From NCBI GenBank assembly GCA_035389185.1, contig DAOORK010000001.1, forward strand, positions 1,006-65,005: a stretch of DNA of 64,000 nucleotides, given 5' to 3'. This document shows positions 1 through 9,260 of this stretch, in pieces; positions within the stretch are counted from its first letter, which is position 1; each line of letters starts with the position of its first letter. The DNA is from Candidatus Woesebacteria bacterium (GTDB lineage Bacteria; Patescibacteriota; Microgenomatia; UBA1400; MFAQ01). Made by a program: the position numbers and the translations under genes. The notes below the pieces were generated by a model. The model saw only the letters and a list, made by a program, of their open reading frames with translations, was not told the DNA's origin and searched no databases.

Positions 1-134
1 ATGCCTGTTTTGCCGCCTGAGTCCATGGATGAGGCAATACAGGAAAGATTTTTGAATCCAGCTGAGAGCAGTGCTTGGATAATTATGGGGGCACCGGTGC
101 CGCCGCCTATGGTGACGATCTTTGGCATTGCTTA
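1..134 (+). CDS. 3' end of a gene entering from upstream (partial; product unknown)
   Basis: Open frame from the window edge to TAG at 132-134; no start visible inside the window. Confidence 0.3.
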
Positions 135-188
135 GATATTAGCAGATTGAGATTATATTTGGAATTGGTGAACGAGGTAAAATAGGCT

Positions 189-806
189 ATGGAAGTAATT
201 AGTTTGGGGGAAACAAACAGAGAAGAGTTGATTGGCAGGATAGTTGAAGTGCTGAAACAGGGAGGTTTGATTGTATATCCGACAGAAACAGTATATGGAT
301 TAGGAGTAGATGCAACATCTGATGTTGCTTTGGAAAAATTGTGGGCATTTAAGGGTGAACGAGGAGACAAGCCGGTGTTGGTGGCAGTCGCCGATTTAGC
401 CATGGCAGAAAAATATACAAAATTAAGTGAATTGGGTAGGAAAGTAGCTCAAAAATACTGGCCTGGGGCGGTGGCTATAGTAGCTTTGAGTAAGAATTTG
501 GTGGCCAAAAAAGCGCAGGGACAAACAGAAACACTGGGTTTGCGGAATCCGGATAACAAAATGATGATGGAAGTGATTTCCCGATTAGAAAAACCAATTA
601 CGTCGACGTCTGCCAATATATCTGGGACGCCAACGGCGAGAAGCCTAGCTGAGTTTCAGGTAACTGTGCCTAAAGAGAGACAAGCACTAATTGATTTGTT
701 TATCGACGCCGGAGAACTGCCGGAAAATCTGCCGTCAACAATCGTGGATACAACGGGGGAGAATATAAAGATTTTAAGGCAGGGAGGAACTGAGGTGGAG
801 ATCTAA
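189..806 (+). CDS. tsaC: L-threonylcarbamoyladenylate synthase (TsaC/YrdC/Sua5 family)
   Basis: YrdC-like motifs (VYPTETVYGLGVDA, KGRxxxKP, STSANISG); RBS GAGG upstream of the ATG. Confidence 0.85.
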   Translation: MEVISLGETNREELIGRIVEVLKQGGLIVYPTETVYGLGVDATSDVALEKLWAFKGERGDKPVLVAVADLAMAEKYTKLSELGRKVAQKYWPGAVAIVALSKNLVAKKAQGQTETLGLRNPDNKMMMEVISRLEKPITSTSANISGTPTARSLAEFQVTVPKERQALIDLFIDAGELPENLPSTIVDTTGENIKILRQGGTEVEI

Positions 807-810
807 AAAA

Positions 811-826
811 CCCTCCATATGGAGGG
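811..826. terminator. bidirectional hairpin terminator (ccctccatatggaggg)
   Basis: Perfect 6-bp stem with a T-run on the minus strand and an A-run on the plus strand. Confidence 0.5.
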
Positions 827-833
827 CAATTGC

Positions 834-1046
834 TTAGGTGGGTGACACAAGAAAAAGAAAAATAGTGGCCATGTCGAAGATAAAGGCCAGGATAGCAACG
901 ATTGTAAAAAAGATGTTGCGTATTTTTACTTTCAGTTTAGTGCTTTTAGTTGGATTTGGGCTATGGGCGGACATAGAAATAGCCGTCACTGTAAAAATAA
1001 AACCAAGGATCAGAGAAATAAAGAACATTAAACCAACAGTTTCCAT
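834..1046 (-). CDS. small two-TM membrane protein (hypothetical)
   Basis: Two hydrophobic helices; ends just upstream of the 811-826 hairpin plus T-run on the minus strand; the overlapping plus-strand ORF 838-1200 looks non-coding. Confidence 0.4.
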   Translation of the reverse strand: METVGLMFFISLILGFIFTVTAISMSAHSPNPTKSTKLKVKIRNIFFTIVAILAFIFDMATIFLFLVSPT

Positions 1047-1152
1047 ACAATCTCCTTTAAAGAACAGATTTGAGGGTATTCTAGCACAAAAATGCCCCGA
1101 TTATGGTCGGGGCTTGGCGGTGCGAGGGCGTTTTTGGCATACGTTGTACTCA

Positions 1153-1788
1153 TTATCTTCGGGGAGATATGCTGTCGTTAGAGACGGCGTATGTCTTTGA
1201 GTTTTTATCGCTGTAGGGAATGATGAGCTGACTTTCTTTGGTGGTGTCATTGGGGACAAAGGTTGTAGAAATACAGAATCGAACCAGAGCATGTTCGTAG
1301 TCCTCGATTTTGATTGTCAGGTCATCGACAACTTTGGCAATGATTTCCTCCCAGTGCTTCAGTTCAAGGTCGTTCCAGATTTTGAGGAAATATACATAAC
1401 AACCTTCCTTGGAGATATATCCTGTCCGACATTCCGGTCCATCGTAAACAAAAAACAAAACAGCATCTACCTTGAGGCCAGTGCCGTCATCTTTGGTGAT
1501 AGATTCTTTTTTTTGGGTTGCAAGAAAACCAAGATCCGATTCATTTTCATCATCAATGGGCGTTGGGGGAGAAAAGGAAAGGCCGATTGAGGGCAGATCA
1601 ATTAGACCATCGATGTATTTTTTGGTATCAATGTCGATGAAATAAAGGCCTTGTCGATGAAGAGAGTCAAGGACGCGAAAACAGGTGTCGTCGCGGGTGA
1701 TGGTAATGTTTGGCGTTTCAAACGATACTCTCTTGGATAAAAGACGATTGACGAGGCGTTGAAAAATGGTATTTCTTTTCGGTTTCAT
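1153..1788 (-). CDS. hypothetical protein
   Basis: 211-aa ORF with AGGAGG RBS 7 nt before the ATG; shares an 18-nt leader CGCACCCTAAAAAGGAGG with gene 3673-4842. Confidence 0.6.
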   Translation of the reverse strand: MKPKRNTIFQRLVNRLLSKRVSFETPNITITRDDTCFRVLDSLHRQGLYFIDIDTKKYIDGLIDLPSIGLSFSPPTPIDDENESDLGFLATQKKESITKDDGTGLKVDAVLFFVYDGPECRTGYISKEGCYVYFLKIWNDLELKHWEEIIAKVVDDLTIKIEDYEHALVRFCISTTFVPNDTTKESQLIIPYSDKNSKTYAVSNDSISPRR

Positions 1789-2163
1789 GCCACCTCCTTT
1801 TTAGGGTGCGTTTGGGATGAATCATAACATAAGACAAAGAGAACCCCCACTGTTTTGGGTATTGTCATTGGGAGAGGAGTTTTGATATGCTTTTTAAATG
1901 AATGTTGAAAACATGAGTTGTGAAGATAGGATTGATATTTATGAGTATGACTACCAAAGTCTTTCGCTGAATTCTTTAAAAAGTTTATTGGCGACGATTT
2001 CTGCTTGTACGGCCTGCGATGGATGCCAAGGAGAAAAGAGAGTACTTGAAGAGCTGATTGCTAAAAAGGAAGGCGGAGAATAGAATTGTCCTATATAGTT
2101 GACAAAATAGGTATTTTACGGTATGATATGGGCGTACGTTAAACCTTTTTTGTTGGAGGAAAA

Positions 2164-2763
2164 ATGTCTATTTCTGTGTTGAAAGGCCAACCGAAAAAGC
2201 TTTGGACTATTGACGAAGCCAAAGAAAGGTTGGCAAAAACAAAGATTTTGATCGAAGAGTACCCAGAAGACAGATTCGATTCTGTCAGAGCGGTATTGAG
2301 GAAAAAAGTGGCACAATTGGAGGTTAAGGCATCCGAAGAGGGTGTCAACCCCGTTGCCATTGTAAAAGCCTGCGATGACATTCGTTGGACCTTTACCAGC
2401 GAAAGATATAACAATGTTTGGAAAAAACTCCAAACAATTGATGTCAGCTGGCGAAGACGGGCGTATGCAGACAGTTACGCTCGCTTGAAGATCGCTGGTG
2501 AGGCGGCTGGGTGGCTGGCAAATCGGCCAAGCGGCTCTTCAATGAGGACAGGCATCAAAGAGATCCTGGCCATGATCGAAAGGGGTCAAGGATTGACTCT
2601 CCAACTCCAGACTCCCTGGGGAAGGTGCGATGGCAACGACTGCAAAGAGATTCTTGTACCGGTATTGGGAAAAGATGGAGCATTCCATACTTTTTCGAAG
2701 TGCCGAAGATGTTTCATCGAAAGCAGAAAATCTCAAGCCGTCAAGGAATTAATTCCGGCCTAA
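2164..2763 (+). CDS. hypothetical protein
   Basis: 199-aa ORF with GGAGG RBS, preceded by TTGACA-17-TATGAT promoter at about 2098-2127. Confidence 0.5.
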   Translation: MSISVLKGQPKKLWTIDEAKERLAKTKILIEEYPEDRFDSVRAVLRKKVAQLEVKASEEGVNPVAIVKACDDIRWTFTSERYNNVWKKLQTIDVSWRRRAYADSYARLKIAGEAAGWLANRPSGSSMRTGIKEILAMIERGQGLTLQLQTPWGRCDGNDCKEILVPVLGKDGAFHTFSKCRRCFIESRKSQAVKELIPA

Positions 2764-2813
2764 GGAAGGTAGTGAATTGTCCCCATATCGAAAGGTATGG
2801 GGATTTTTTGTGG

Positions 2814-3623
2814 TCAAGCGCTGGAAAGCTCTTCGTTGGAGAATTTTTTGTGTTGGATAGGACGCCAGGCATCAATTGTGGGGTCCGGATTCCAAGGGCA
2901 AACAGAGCGCATCCAGTTGAATTTCTCGGTAATTTCTCCGGTAAAAGGATCGATACGTGTGTACTGAAAGATTTGACAGTTATTGATTTTGTCTTTGGGA
3001 TCGTGTGCTTTTTTGAGGGCAAGATAGTCGTCTGGAAGAAGACCTTCCATAATGATGCGAATAGGCCACATCATGTTGCCATGGCTAACAACAATACCCC
3101 TCTTATCTGGGACATCACGGTAAAGAGCATCCATGATACCTACACGGGCACGGACTAGGACATCAGCCAAAGACTCACCGCCAGGAGCCGAGAAGTAGTA
3201 AGGATTGATTTGGTGGCCTTTCATAATGTCTGGGTATTTGAAGTGACGTTCTTCGTCGGTCATGACGTCTAAGTTTCCCCAGTCGTGCTCACGTAGATAA
3301 TCGCGAAGTTTCCATTCAGCGTGGGGGAGTCCGAGGAGACCGGCGGTGCGTTTGGCCCGGCGATATGTGGAAGCGTAATAGGAGTCAAAAATGCCTCCAT
3401 TGATATTTTTTTTGATCCATTCCCCAGCACTTTTGGCCTGCTCTTCACCTTTGGGAGTGAGATTCCAAGTGGAGCTATGACGGGCGCGAAATTCTTTGGT
3501 GAAAAAACTGTCATCACCATTTTCGGCAGCTTTGGTGGCGACATTGCCTTCGGATTCACCGTGTCTAACGAACACTAACTCCAGAGGGCGAGGATTTTTC
3601 TTGGTTTGTTTTTGGGGGGACAT
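2814..3623 (-). CDS. histidine phosphatase superfamily protein (phosphoglycerate-mutase-like)
   Basis: RHGESEGN catalytic motif near the N-terminus; start set at MSPQKQ (3623) because a terminator hairpin for the upstream gene overlaps the longer ORF. Confidence 0.75.
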   Translation of the reverse strand: MSPQKQTKKNPRPLELVFVRHGESEGNVATKAAENGDDSFFTKEFRARHSSTWNLTPKGEEQAKSAGEWIKKNINGGIFDSYYASTYRRAKRTAGLLGLPHAEWKLRDYLREHDWGNLDVMTDEERHFKYPDIMKGHQINPYYFSAPGGESLADVLVRARVGIMDALYRDVPDKRGIVVSHGNMMWPIRIIMEGLLPDDYLALKKAHDPKDKINNCQIFQYTRIDPFTGEITEKFNWMRSVCPWNPDPTIDAWRPIQHKKFSNEELSSA

Positions 3624-3672
3624 GAGTTGATTGTACAAAAAAAGAGCTTGCAAAAGCAAGCTCTAGGGTTAG

Positions 3673-4842
3673 TTATATTTTGTTTTTTTGGAAACGGAGT
3701 TTCCAGTACAGTTTGGGGTTGGTGAAGAGGATTTCTGCCCAGTCAAGGCGATTTTTGAAAAAACGGGCGATGAGATGGGGCCAAAAAGCAACCTGATGGA
3801 GAAACCAGAAAGGTGAGACGGCGGTTTTTCTGATTTTGATCAGATACTCGACACATTTTTCCCTATTCCAGGCGTGAATAAGTTCTTTTTCTTTGGTGAC
3901 ATCTTCACGGCGAAAGAGGGCTTCCAGCCTGATTCTTTTTTGGTCCTTCATCTCAATGCTGATGACGTGTTTCCGCCTGCCAATAGTGAAGTTAAGGCTG
4001 TCGGCAGTGACCTGGTACCATGGAGCACAGAAAAGACAGTCTCCACCGTGATATTGATTGGAGATCTGGGTCATGATTACGTTTCGGAACCCGGCACTAA
4101 TGAAAATGCGTTTGAAGTATTCGTGCTGCAGTTTGGCCTGGCGAGAGCGGTAACACTTTTCGTGGCGGTAGGTGACCAGATGGACGAAGAGATGGTCGCC
4201 CGGTTCGATGATATGGTCATCGTCGGTTTCGATCCAACCAAGTTCATTCACTTGATGTTTATCTTCGGCTTTCCAGATCTTGTTCACGAGGATAGTACGA
4301 TCGATATATTTTTTGTTCTTCAGATTAGTTTCCCCTCGTAGAAACCAGTTGACTTCGTGATTGTCACGGTTCCACTTGGCCTTAAAGTTTGCCACAGTCT
4401 GGCCGATGAAATCCTTGGTATCGACGACTATATCTTTATGTTCAACGACAAAATCGTAGCAGTTGGGGATGGTCCAGCCCTTTTTGCAGACGGGACAGAT
4501 TTGGTCACCTTCGGGAAGCCAGGAGACACAGCATGAAGTACCGAAAGGCTCTCCCAGTTTGAGATGTCTGTCAACGAAGGTGTGAAACTCATCACGGGTC
4601 AGGACTTTAGGAATGTCGGGGAAGCGGACAATCGGAATGTCGTCGCCCTGATGGCCATCGTATTTATTGAATTGGCCATAACTATCGAGATAGAAGCGAC
4701 CCAAGAGTATCCACTCTTCCAGCCTTTCACCGCGTTGGTAACCAGCTTCGTGACGGGCAGTAATGAGATCGACAAGATTTTCCAGCGATTGCACGGCGGC
4801 GGCCATGGCAAAATGACTATCATAATCATTTCCAAAATTCAT
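3673..4842 (-). CDS. hypothetical protein (Cys-containing, CPVCKKGW)
   Basis: 389-aa ORF with AGGAGG RBS; leader shares TATAAT plus CGCACCCTAAAAAGGAGG motif; followed by hairpin terminator at 3640-3662. Confidence 0.6.
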   Translation of the reverse strand: MNFGNDYDSHFAMAAAVQSLENLVDLITARHEAGYQRGERLEEWILLGRFYLDSYGQFNKYDGHQGDDIPIVRFPDIPKVLTRDEFHTFVDRHLKLGEPFGTSCCVSWLPEGDQICPVCKKGWTIPNCYDFVVEHKDIVVDTKDFIGQTVANFKAKWNRDNHEVNWFLRGETNLKNKKYIDRTILVNKIWKAEDKHQVNELGWIETDDDHIIEPGDHLFVHLVTYRHEKCYRSRQAKLQHEYFKRIFISAGFRNVIMTQISNQYHGGDCLFCAPWYQVTADSLNFTIGRRKHVISIEMKDQKRIRLEALFRREDVTKEKELIHAWNREKCVEYLIKIRKTAVSPFWFLHQVAFWPHLIARFFKNRLDWAEILFTNPKLYWKLRFQKNKI

Positions 4843-4926
4843 TTTTCCTCCTTTTTAGGGTGCGAGATAGCCCGTATTATACGACACACTGGTATTTTGG
4901 TGATAAATGGGATATAAAATTAAGCT

Positions 4927-5538
4927 ATGTCTGCACCAATAATGCACGTTGTTTTGACAGAAAAGATTTGGGATAAGTGTTTTGCGAATAAGGACAAAGA
5001 AGCCTTTTTGGTTGGTACAAGTTTCCCGGATATCAGGCGGTTGGCGGGGGTAGATAGGTCAGTGACTCATTTTGATGATGTAGATTTTGGTAGTTTGATT
5101 GGATTTGACTCGTTTACAGCCGGGTTTATGTTTCATTCGTGGGTGGATCAGGCGACACATAAATATCGAATGGAGTCGGCGATTTTTGAACTGTTTCCGG
5201 AGTCGAAGTTTATTCATGAAGGTGTCAAAATTTTCGAAGATAACTATCTTTACGATAAAGTAAACGATTGGGATAGAATGATAAGGTCTTTTGAGAGCGT
5301 AAGAGAGGAGGAGCTCAGATATGGAGCGAGCAAAGAAGTGGTTGCAAAGTGGCACGGTAAATTAAGACAGTATTTTTCGAGGAAACCGGATAGTGTAGAA
5401 GTGATTGATTCACTCATCAAGGAGCCTATTGAAGTGGCTGAAGAAATAATGAGGGTGGCTAAGGGAGTCAAAGATGAAGCAAAGGCGATCAAGATAATTG
5501 AAGAGTATTACCAAGGGTTTGGGGAGGAATTATTTTAA
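4927..5538 (+). CDS. hypothetical protein
   Basis: 203-aa ORF; TATAAAAT box 6 nt upstream of the ATG and no SD (apparently leaderless). Confidence 0.55.
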   Translation: MSAPIMHVVLTEKIWDKCFANKDKEAFLVGTSFPDIRRLAGVDRSVTHFDDVDFGSLIGFDSFTAGFMFHSWVDQATHKYRMESAIFELFPESKFIHEGVKIFEDNYLYDKVNDWDRMIRSFESVREEELRYGASKEVVAKWHGKLRQYFSRKPDSVEVIDSLIKEPIEVAEEIMRVAKGVKDEAKAIKIIEEYYQGFGEELF

Positions 5539-5619
5539 TTTAACCCCATAATGTTGACAGAGTTAAAGGTATGTGTGATAATCTCGGGGCACAATAAAAT
5601 ATGATTTAGGAGGAGAGGA

Positions 5620-6072
5620 ATGGCAAATTCTTGTAAGATGCCCGGATGTGGCGGAGTAATTGATATGGATAAAGATATTGTCTTGCAGACCGGATGTGAT
5701 TCGTATACGACCTTTTATGCCTGCGATAAATGCGGACGCGTCCACTCGTACGAAGGTGAATTGATTTTTAATCGTCCCGGTGCGGCTGCATATCGACGAG
5801 AGGACGGTAGCCTCGAGCTGGTTGAACCGATTTCTTTTGAAGTCGACAAAGCATTTGTCCCTGGAAAGAAATACAGAACGACTGCGCATGTGGATGTTTG
5901 TCTCGAAGGAACCGATGGAGAGTGTGTGGCTGCCGATCTGGTTGAGCCGGTAAACGGCACCATTTTGATCTTCGACAGCATTGATGGTGATAAGTATCGC
6001 TTCCATGTGGAAGACGGCACTGAGTACCATCTGCACGCCAATGATCTAGACAAGATCGAAGAATTAAATTAG
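5620..6072 (+). CDS. hypothetical protein with N-terminal Cys4 zinc ribbon
   Basis: AGGAGG RBS; CxxC...CxxC in the first 40 aa; intrinsic terminator at 6082-6107. Confidence 0.55.
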   Translation: MANSCKMPGCGGVIDMDKDIVLQTGCDSYTTFYACDKCGRVHSYEGELIFNRPGAAAYRREDGSLELVEPISFEVDKAFVPGKKYRTTAHVDVCLEGTDGECVAADLVEPVNGTILIFDSIDGDKYRFHVEDGTEYHLHANDLDKIEELN

Positions 6073-6081
6073 TTTGAATAT

Positions 6082-6107
6082 GCGAGGGGTAAAACCCTCG
6101 CTTTTTT
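6082..6107 (+). terminator. intrinsic terminator
   Basis: gcgaggg-gtaaaa-ccctcgc hairpin followed by TTTTTT. Confidence 0.7.
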
Positions 6108-6261
6108 GTGGTTTGCAGGAGTGGAAGGAATCGCCAATCAGTAAAATTCTGCTGAATTTTCTTCTTGGCACACCTCAGCGCCGGTCGTGCTTCCGGTTTT
6201 CCGATTTCTCCATTACTCTATAAACAAAAAGTTCCCCGTAAAGGGGAATCTTTTATTTATG

Positions 6262-6332
6262 CAGGAGTGGAAGGAATCGGACCTTCATCACAGGTTTTGG
6301 AGACCCGGATTCTACCGTTGAACTACACTCCT
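6262..6332 (-). tRNA. tRNA-Trp (anticodon CCA)
   Basis: Hand-folded cloverleaf: 7-bp acceptor AGGAGTG/CACTCCT, D-arm GTTC/GAAT with GG in the loop, anticodon stem CGGGT/ACCTG with loop CTCCAAA, T-arm GAAGG/CCTTC; the T-loop TCCGATT is slightly atypical. Confidence 0.65.
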
Positions 6333-6405
6333 AAGTACTCTCGTATTTTAGCAGAAATGGAGGCGAAACGTGTGTAAAAAACCCTCCCGAAGGGGAGGGT
6401 GCAAT

Positions 6406-6909
6406 CTATTTTGGTGAAGGGTACTCGAGAACCTTGTTGGACATGAAGACAAGTTCGATACCAACTTGGCGAAACATCTCTTCAGACTCAGCACCAGCAT
6501 GGTATTTTTGTTCGCAGACAACTCGTCTAATACCGACACCGATGATAAGCATGGCACAGACCCGACAAGGAGTCATGCGGCAGTAAAGAGTGGTGTCTTT
6601 GATGGAGACGCCAATACGAGCGGCTTGAACAATAGCGTTCTGTTCGGCGTGAATGGTGCGAACGCAGTGTTGGGTGACGTCGCCGTTCTCGTGAATGGTT
6701 TCTTTTATCTGGTGGCCAACGTCATGGCAGTGCGGCAGACCCGGCGGTGAGCCGACATAGCCGGTGACCACAATGTGATTTTCGTGGACGATAACACAAC
6801 CGACCATGCCGCGGTCACAAGTGGCTCTTTCGGCAACGGTATTGGCTATTTTGATGAAATACTCATCCCAGGAAACACGCGGGGGTGTTACGGGCTGATC
6901 TGTCAAAAT
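6406..6909 (-). CDS. comEB: dCMP deaminase (cytidine/deoxycytidylate deaminase family)
   Basis: HAEQNAI and PCxxC zinc-binding motifs; start placed at TTG (6909) downstream of AAGGAGG rather than at the far-upstream ATG. Confidence 0.8.
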   Translation of the reverse strand: MLTDQPVTPPRVSWDEYFIKIANTVAERATCDRGMVGCVIVHENHIVVTGYVGSPPGLPHCHDVGHQIKETIHENGDVTQHCVRTIHAEQNAIVQAARIGVSIKDTTLYCRMTPCRVCAMLIIGVGIRRVVCEQKYHAGAESEEMFRQVGIELVFMSNKVLEYPSPK

Positions 6910-7133
6910 TCCTCCTTTTGTTATTAGAGTACAGTTGGCAAAAATTGTAGCAGAAAAGAATACAAAATACGTATTAAGTATCATGTATCAAGTATTAGGT
7001 ATGGGAGGGAGAGGGAAATTATTTAAGCTTAGACACCTCTTTGCCCAACGAGTACCTTGGACTGGAAGTAATTACCTACTTTATTTTAATTTGGAGACTT
7101 CCTTGTCCTTGGAGTACCGAGGATATCGGTGTC

Positions 7134-7307
7134 TTACTTTAACTTAGACACCTCTTTATGCTCGGTATGCTCGCGGCAAGTGCGGCAGTATTTACTCAAA
7201 ACGAGTTTCTCGGGAGTGTTGGTTTTGTTTCTTTCGGAGATGTAATTGAAATGCCCGCATTTGGAGCATTTTAACCCTAGGTGTTGTCTTGGACCTTTTT
7301 TTGCCAT
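7134..7307 (-). CDS. rpmG: 50S ribosomal protein L33
   Basis: MAKKGPRQHLGLKCSKCGHFNYISERNKTNTPEKLVLSKYCRTCREHTEHKE matches the L33 consensus with its Cys4 motif. Confidence 0.8.
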   Translation of the reverse strand: MAKKGPRQHLGLKCSKCGHFNYISERNKTNTPEKLVLSKYCRTCREHTEHKEVSKLK

Positions 7308-7378
7308 GTTTAATCGATATAGTTTTATAAGAAGCAACTGATATTTTAACACAAAAATGTTATTCTTAATCTAGCTAT

Positions 7379-8269
7379 ATGGAGACTGCCCTCAATAATA
7401 TTGCGATGGATTGGAAGGACTTCTTCGAAAAGATGTCGATTGGCTTTGCTGTACGAAAAATCATCTTTAACAAAAAAGGAGAAGCTGTAGATATGAAATA
7501 TCTGAGTATCAACTCGGTATTTGCGAAGATAACGGGGTTTGGCAAGGAAGAAATACTGACAAAGACAGCAAAGAGACTTGTTCCAGATCTTGAAATTGAG
7601 TGGTATGAAAGATACGGCAGACTACTAAAAACAGGGAAATCAATGCTGTTTGACCAAAAGGTTGAGAAATTGGGAAAACTTTTCCGAGTGTATGCCGTAA
7701 AGATCGACAAGGATAAGGTGGGAACATTTTTTAGCGATATAACCACATTTGAGAAGGCAAAGGAGTTGATTCAAGAGAGTGAGTCAAAATACCAGGCAAT
7801 TGTTAAAAGTAGTCAGGATGCAATTGTAATGATGGATGACAAAGGAAAGATTACGGCATGGAACCCAGCGGCAGAGAGAATGTTTGATTATCGACAAGCT
7901 GAGGTTTTGGGAAAGGATTTGCACAGTTTGATTCCCATGGAAAAGTCGCACCGAGAGGAAAAAGGCCGTCTTGGAGTGTTTTTTCGTTCCGGGAAAAGTC
8001 AGATACTGGGTAAAACCCTAACACTACCGGTGAGAAACAAAAAAGGCGAGACTTTTTTAATTGAACTAACGGTATCGTCAACAAAAATAGAAGGGAAATG
8101 GTTTGCTGTAGGGGTGATGAGGGATATTACCGAAAGAAAAAAAACAGAAGAGGAGTTGAAGGAAAGGGTTAGGGCTTCGGAGATTTTAAATCAAGTAATG
8201 GTGGATAGAGAATTGAAAATGATCGAGTTAAAAAAGGAGATCGCCTTACTCAGAAAAAATGGTAAATAA
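7379..8269 (+). CDS. tandem PAS-domain protein with C-terminal coiled coil
   Basis: Two PAS-like blocks and a C-terminal heptad-rich tail; no output domain. Confidence 0.65.
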   Translation: METALNNIAMDWKDFFEKMSIGFAVRKIIFNKKGEAVDMKYLSINSVFAKITGFGKEEILTKTAKRLVPDLEIEWYERYGRLLKTGKSMLFDQKVEKLGKLFRVYAVKIDKDKVGTFFSDITTFEKAKELIQESESKYQAIVKSSQDAIVMMDDKGKITAWNPAAERMFDYRQAEVLGKDLHSLIPMEKSHREEKGRLGVFFRSGKSQILGKTLTLPVRNKKGETFLIELTVSSTKIEGKWFAVGVMRDITERKKTEEELKERVRASEILNQVMVDRELKMIELKKEIALLRKNGK

Positions 8270-9260
8270 CAGTCAAAAAAAAGGCATGAGATTGGCAACC
8301 AAGATGGTGATTTTGGCATCTATTTTTGCGGTTTTTTTGAGTGTCTCTTTGTTTTTTATTCTCCGAGTATGGGTGATTCCCGATGTAGAGTCTGAGATAA
8401 AAAAGCGAGTCTTGTCGTACAGCAAGATGGCGGCAGGTTTGATTGATGGGGATAGTTTGCAAAAGATAATGCCTGAAGGTCTCTCTACAAGTTCTGCCGA
8501 GTACAAGCAGATACTAAAGGTCGAGAGGGAGATGATGGCTTCCGATGGCCAGATAGATGATGTTTACACTATGGTGGCGACCGATGATCCCAATATGGTT
8601 CGTTTTGTGGTTGACGGTTTTGAAACCAGAGACTGGAATGCAGATGGGGAGGTTTCTCCTGAAGAAACAACGGCCGTTATTGGTGAAGAGTATGATGTTA
8701 CTGATATTCCTGTTTTGAGGAAGGCCTTTTTGGCAACATCAATTACGGACGAGTATTATTCCGACAAATGGGGGACATTTATGACCTCTGCATCTCCGGT
8801 AAAAAATAGTCGAGGAGTAGTGGTGGGTATTGTGGGAGTGGATATTCGATTTAGTGAGGTACTGGCACAGGAGCGGCAAATGCTGATACGGTTTGGATTG
8901 TATGCAGGGGCATTTTTGGTAATTACTCTAGTACTGGTGATATTACTTTCTTGGCTGATTGAACGAGGTGTGGGTGATTTTAATAGGTCAATTATGGAAA
9001 TTAGCGGTGAGGGAGCTACAGGTCTTCTAAATGACTCCGGAGGAGATGAGTTGTCGGAACTTTCAAGATCAATTAACAACCTAGTAGTTGGATTGAGAGA
9101 GTCAAGAGATCAATCAAACAAAAAAGTCGTGGAGAAAACGAGAAGTTTGGAAGAAAAGGTAGAGCAACTGGAAAAACTGAATAAATTAATGGTGGGGAGA
9201 GAAGTAATAATGTATGAGTTAAAAAAGGAACTGAAGGAGGCAAAAAATGAGCGGAAATAG
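8259..9260 (+). CDS. membrane sensor protein (TM-Cache-like-TM-HAMP-coiled coil), lacking a kinase domain
   Basis: N-terminal TM helix, periplasmic domain, second TM, HAMP-like linker; resembles the N-terminal half of the downstream kinase; start uncertain (alternative ATG at 8286). Confidence 0.55.
   Translation: MVNNSQKKGMRLATKMVILASIFAVFLSVSLFFILRVWVIPDVESEIKKRVLSYSKMAAGLIDGDSLQKIMPEGLSTSSAEYKQILKVEREMMASDGQIDDVYTMVATDDPNMVRFVVDGFETRDWNADGEVSPEETTAVIGEEYDVTDIPVLRKAFLATSITDEYYSDKWGTFMTSASPVKNSRGVVVGIVGVDIRFSEVLAQERQMLIRFGLYAGAFLVITLVLVILLSWLIERGVGDFNRSIMEISGEGATGLLNDSGGDELSELSRSINNLVVGLRESRDQSNKKVVEKTRSLEEKVEQLEKLNKLMVGREVIMYELKKELKEAKNERK

Noticed and set aside
107-403. 98-aa minus-strand ORF
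   Set aside because: Lies entirely antisense to the well-supported tsaC gene; no RBS; Ser/Thr/Pro-rich translation typical of an out-of-frame artefact.
838-1200. 120-aa plus-strand ORF
   Set aside because: Overlaps the antisense small membrane ORF, which has a hairpin plus T-run terminator; the plus ORF starts inside that hairpin, has no SD, and runs into the convergent gene 1153-1788.
2511-3578. Plus-strand ORFs 2511-3158 and 3321-3578 and minus-strand ORF 3269-3559
   Set aside because: All overlap the histidine-phosphatase gene (RHG motif) in other frames or on the other strand; no RBS; low-complexity translations.
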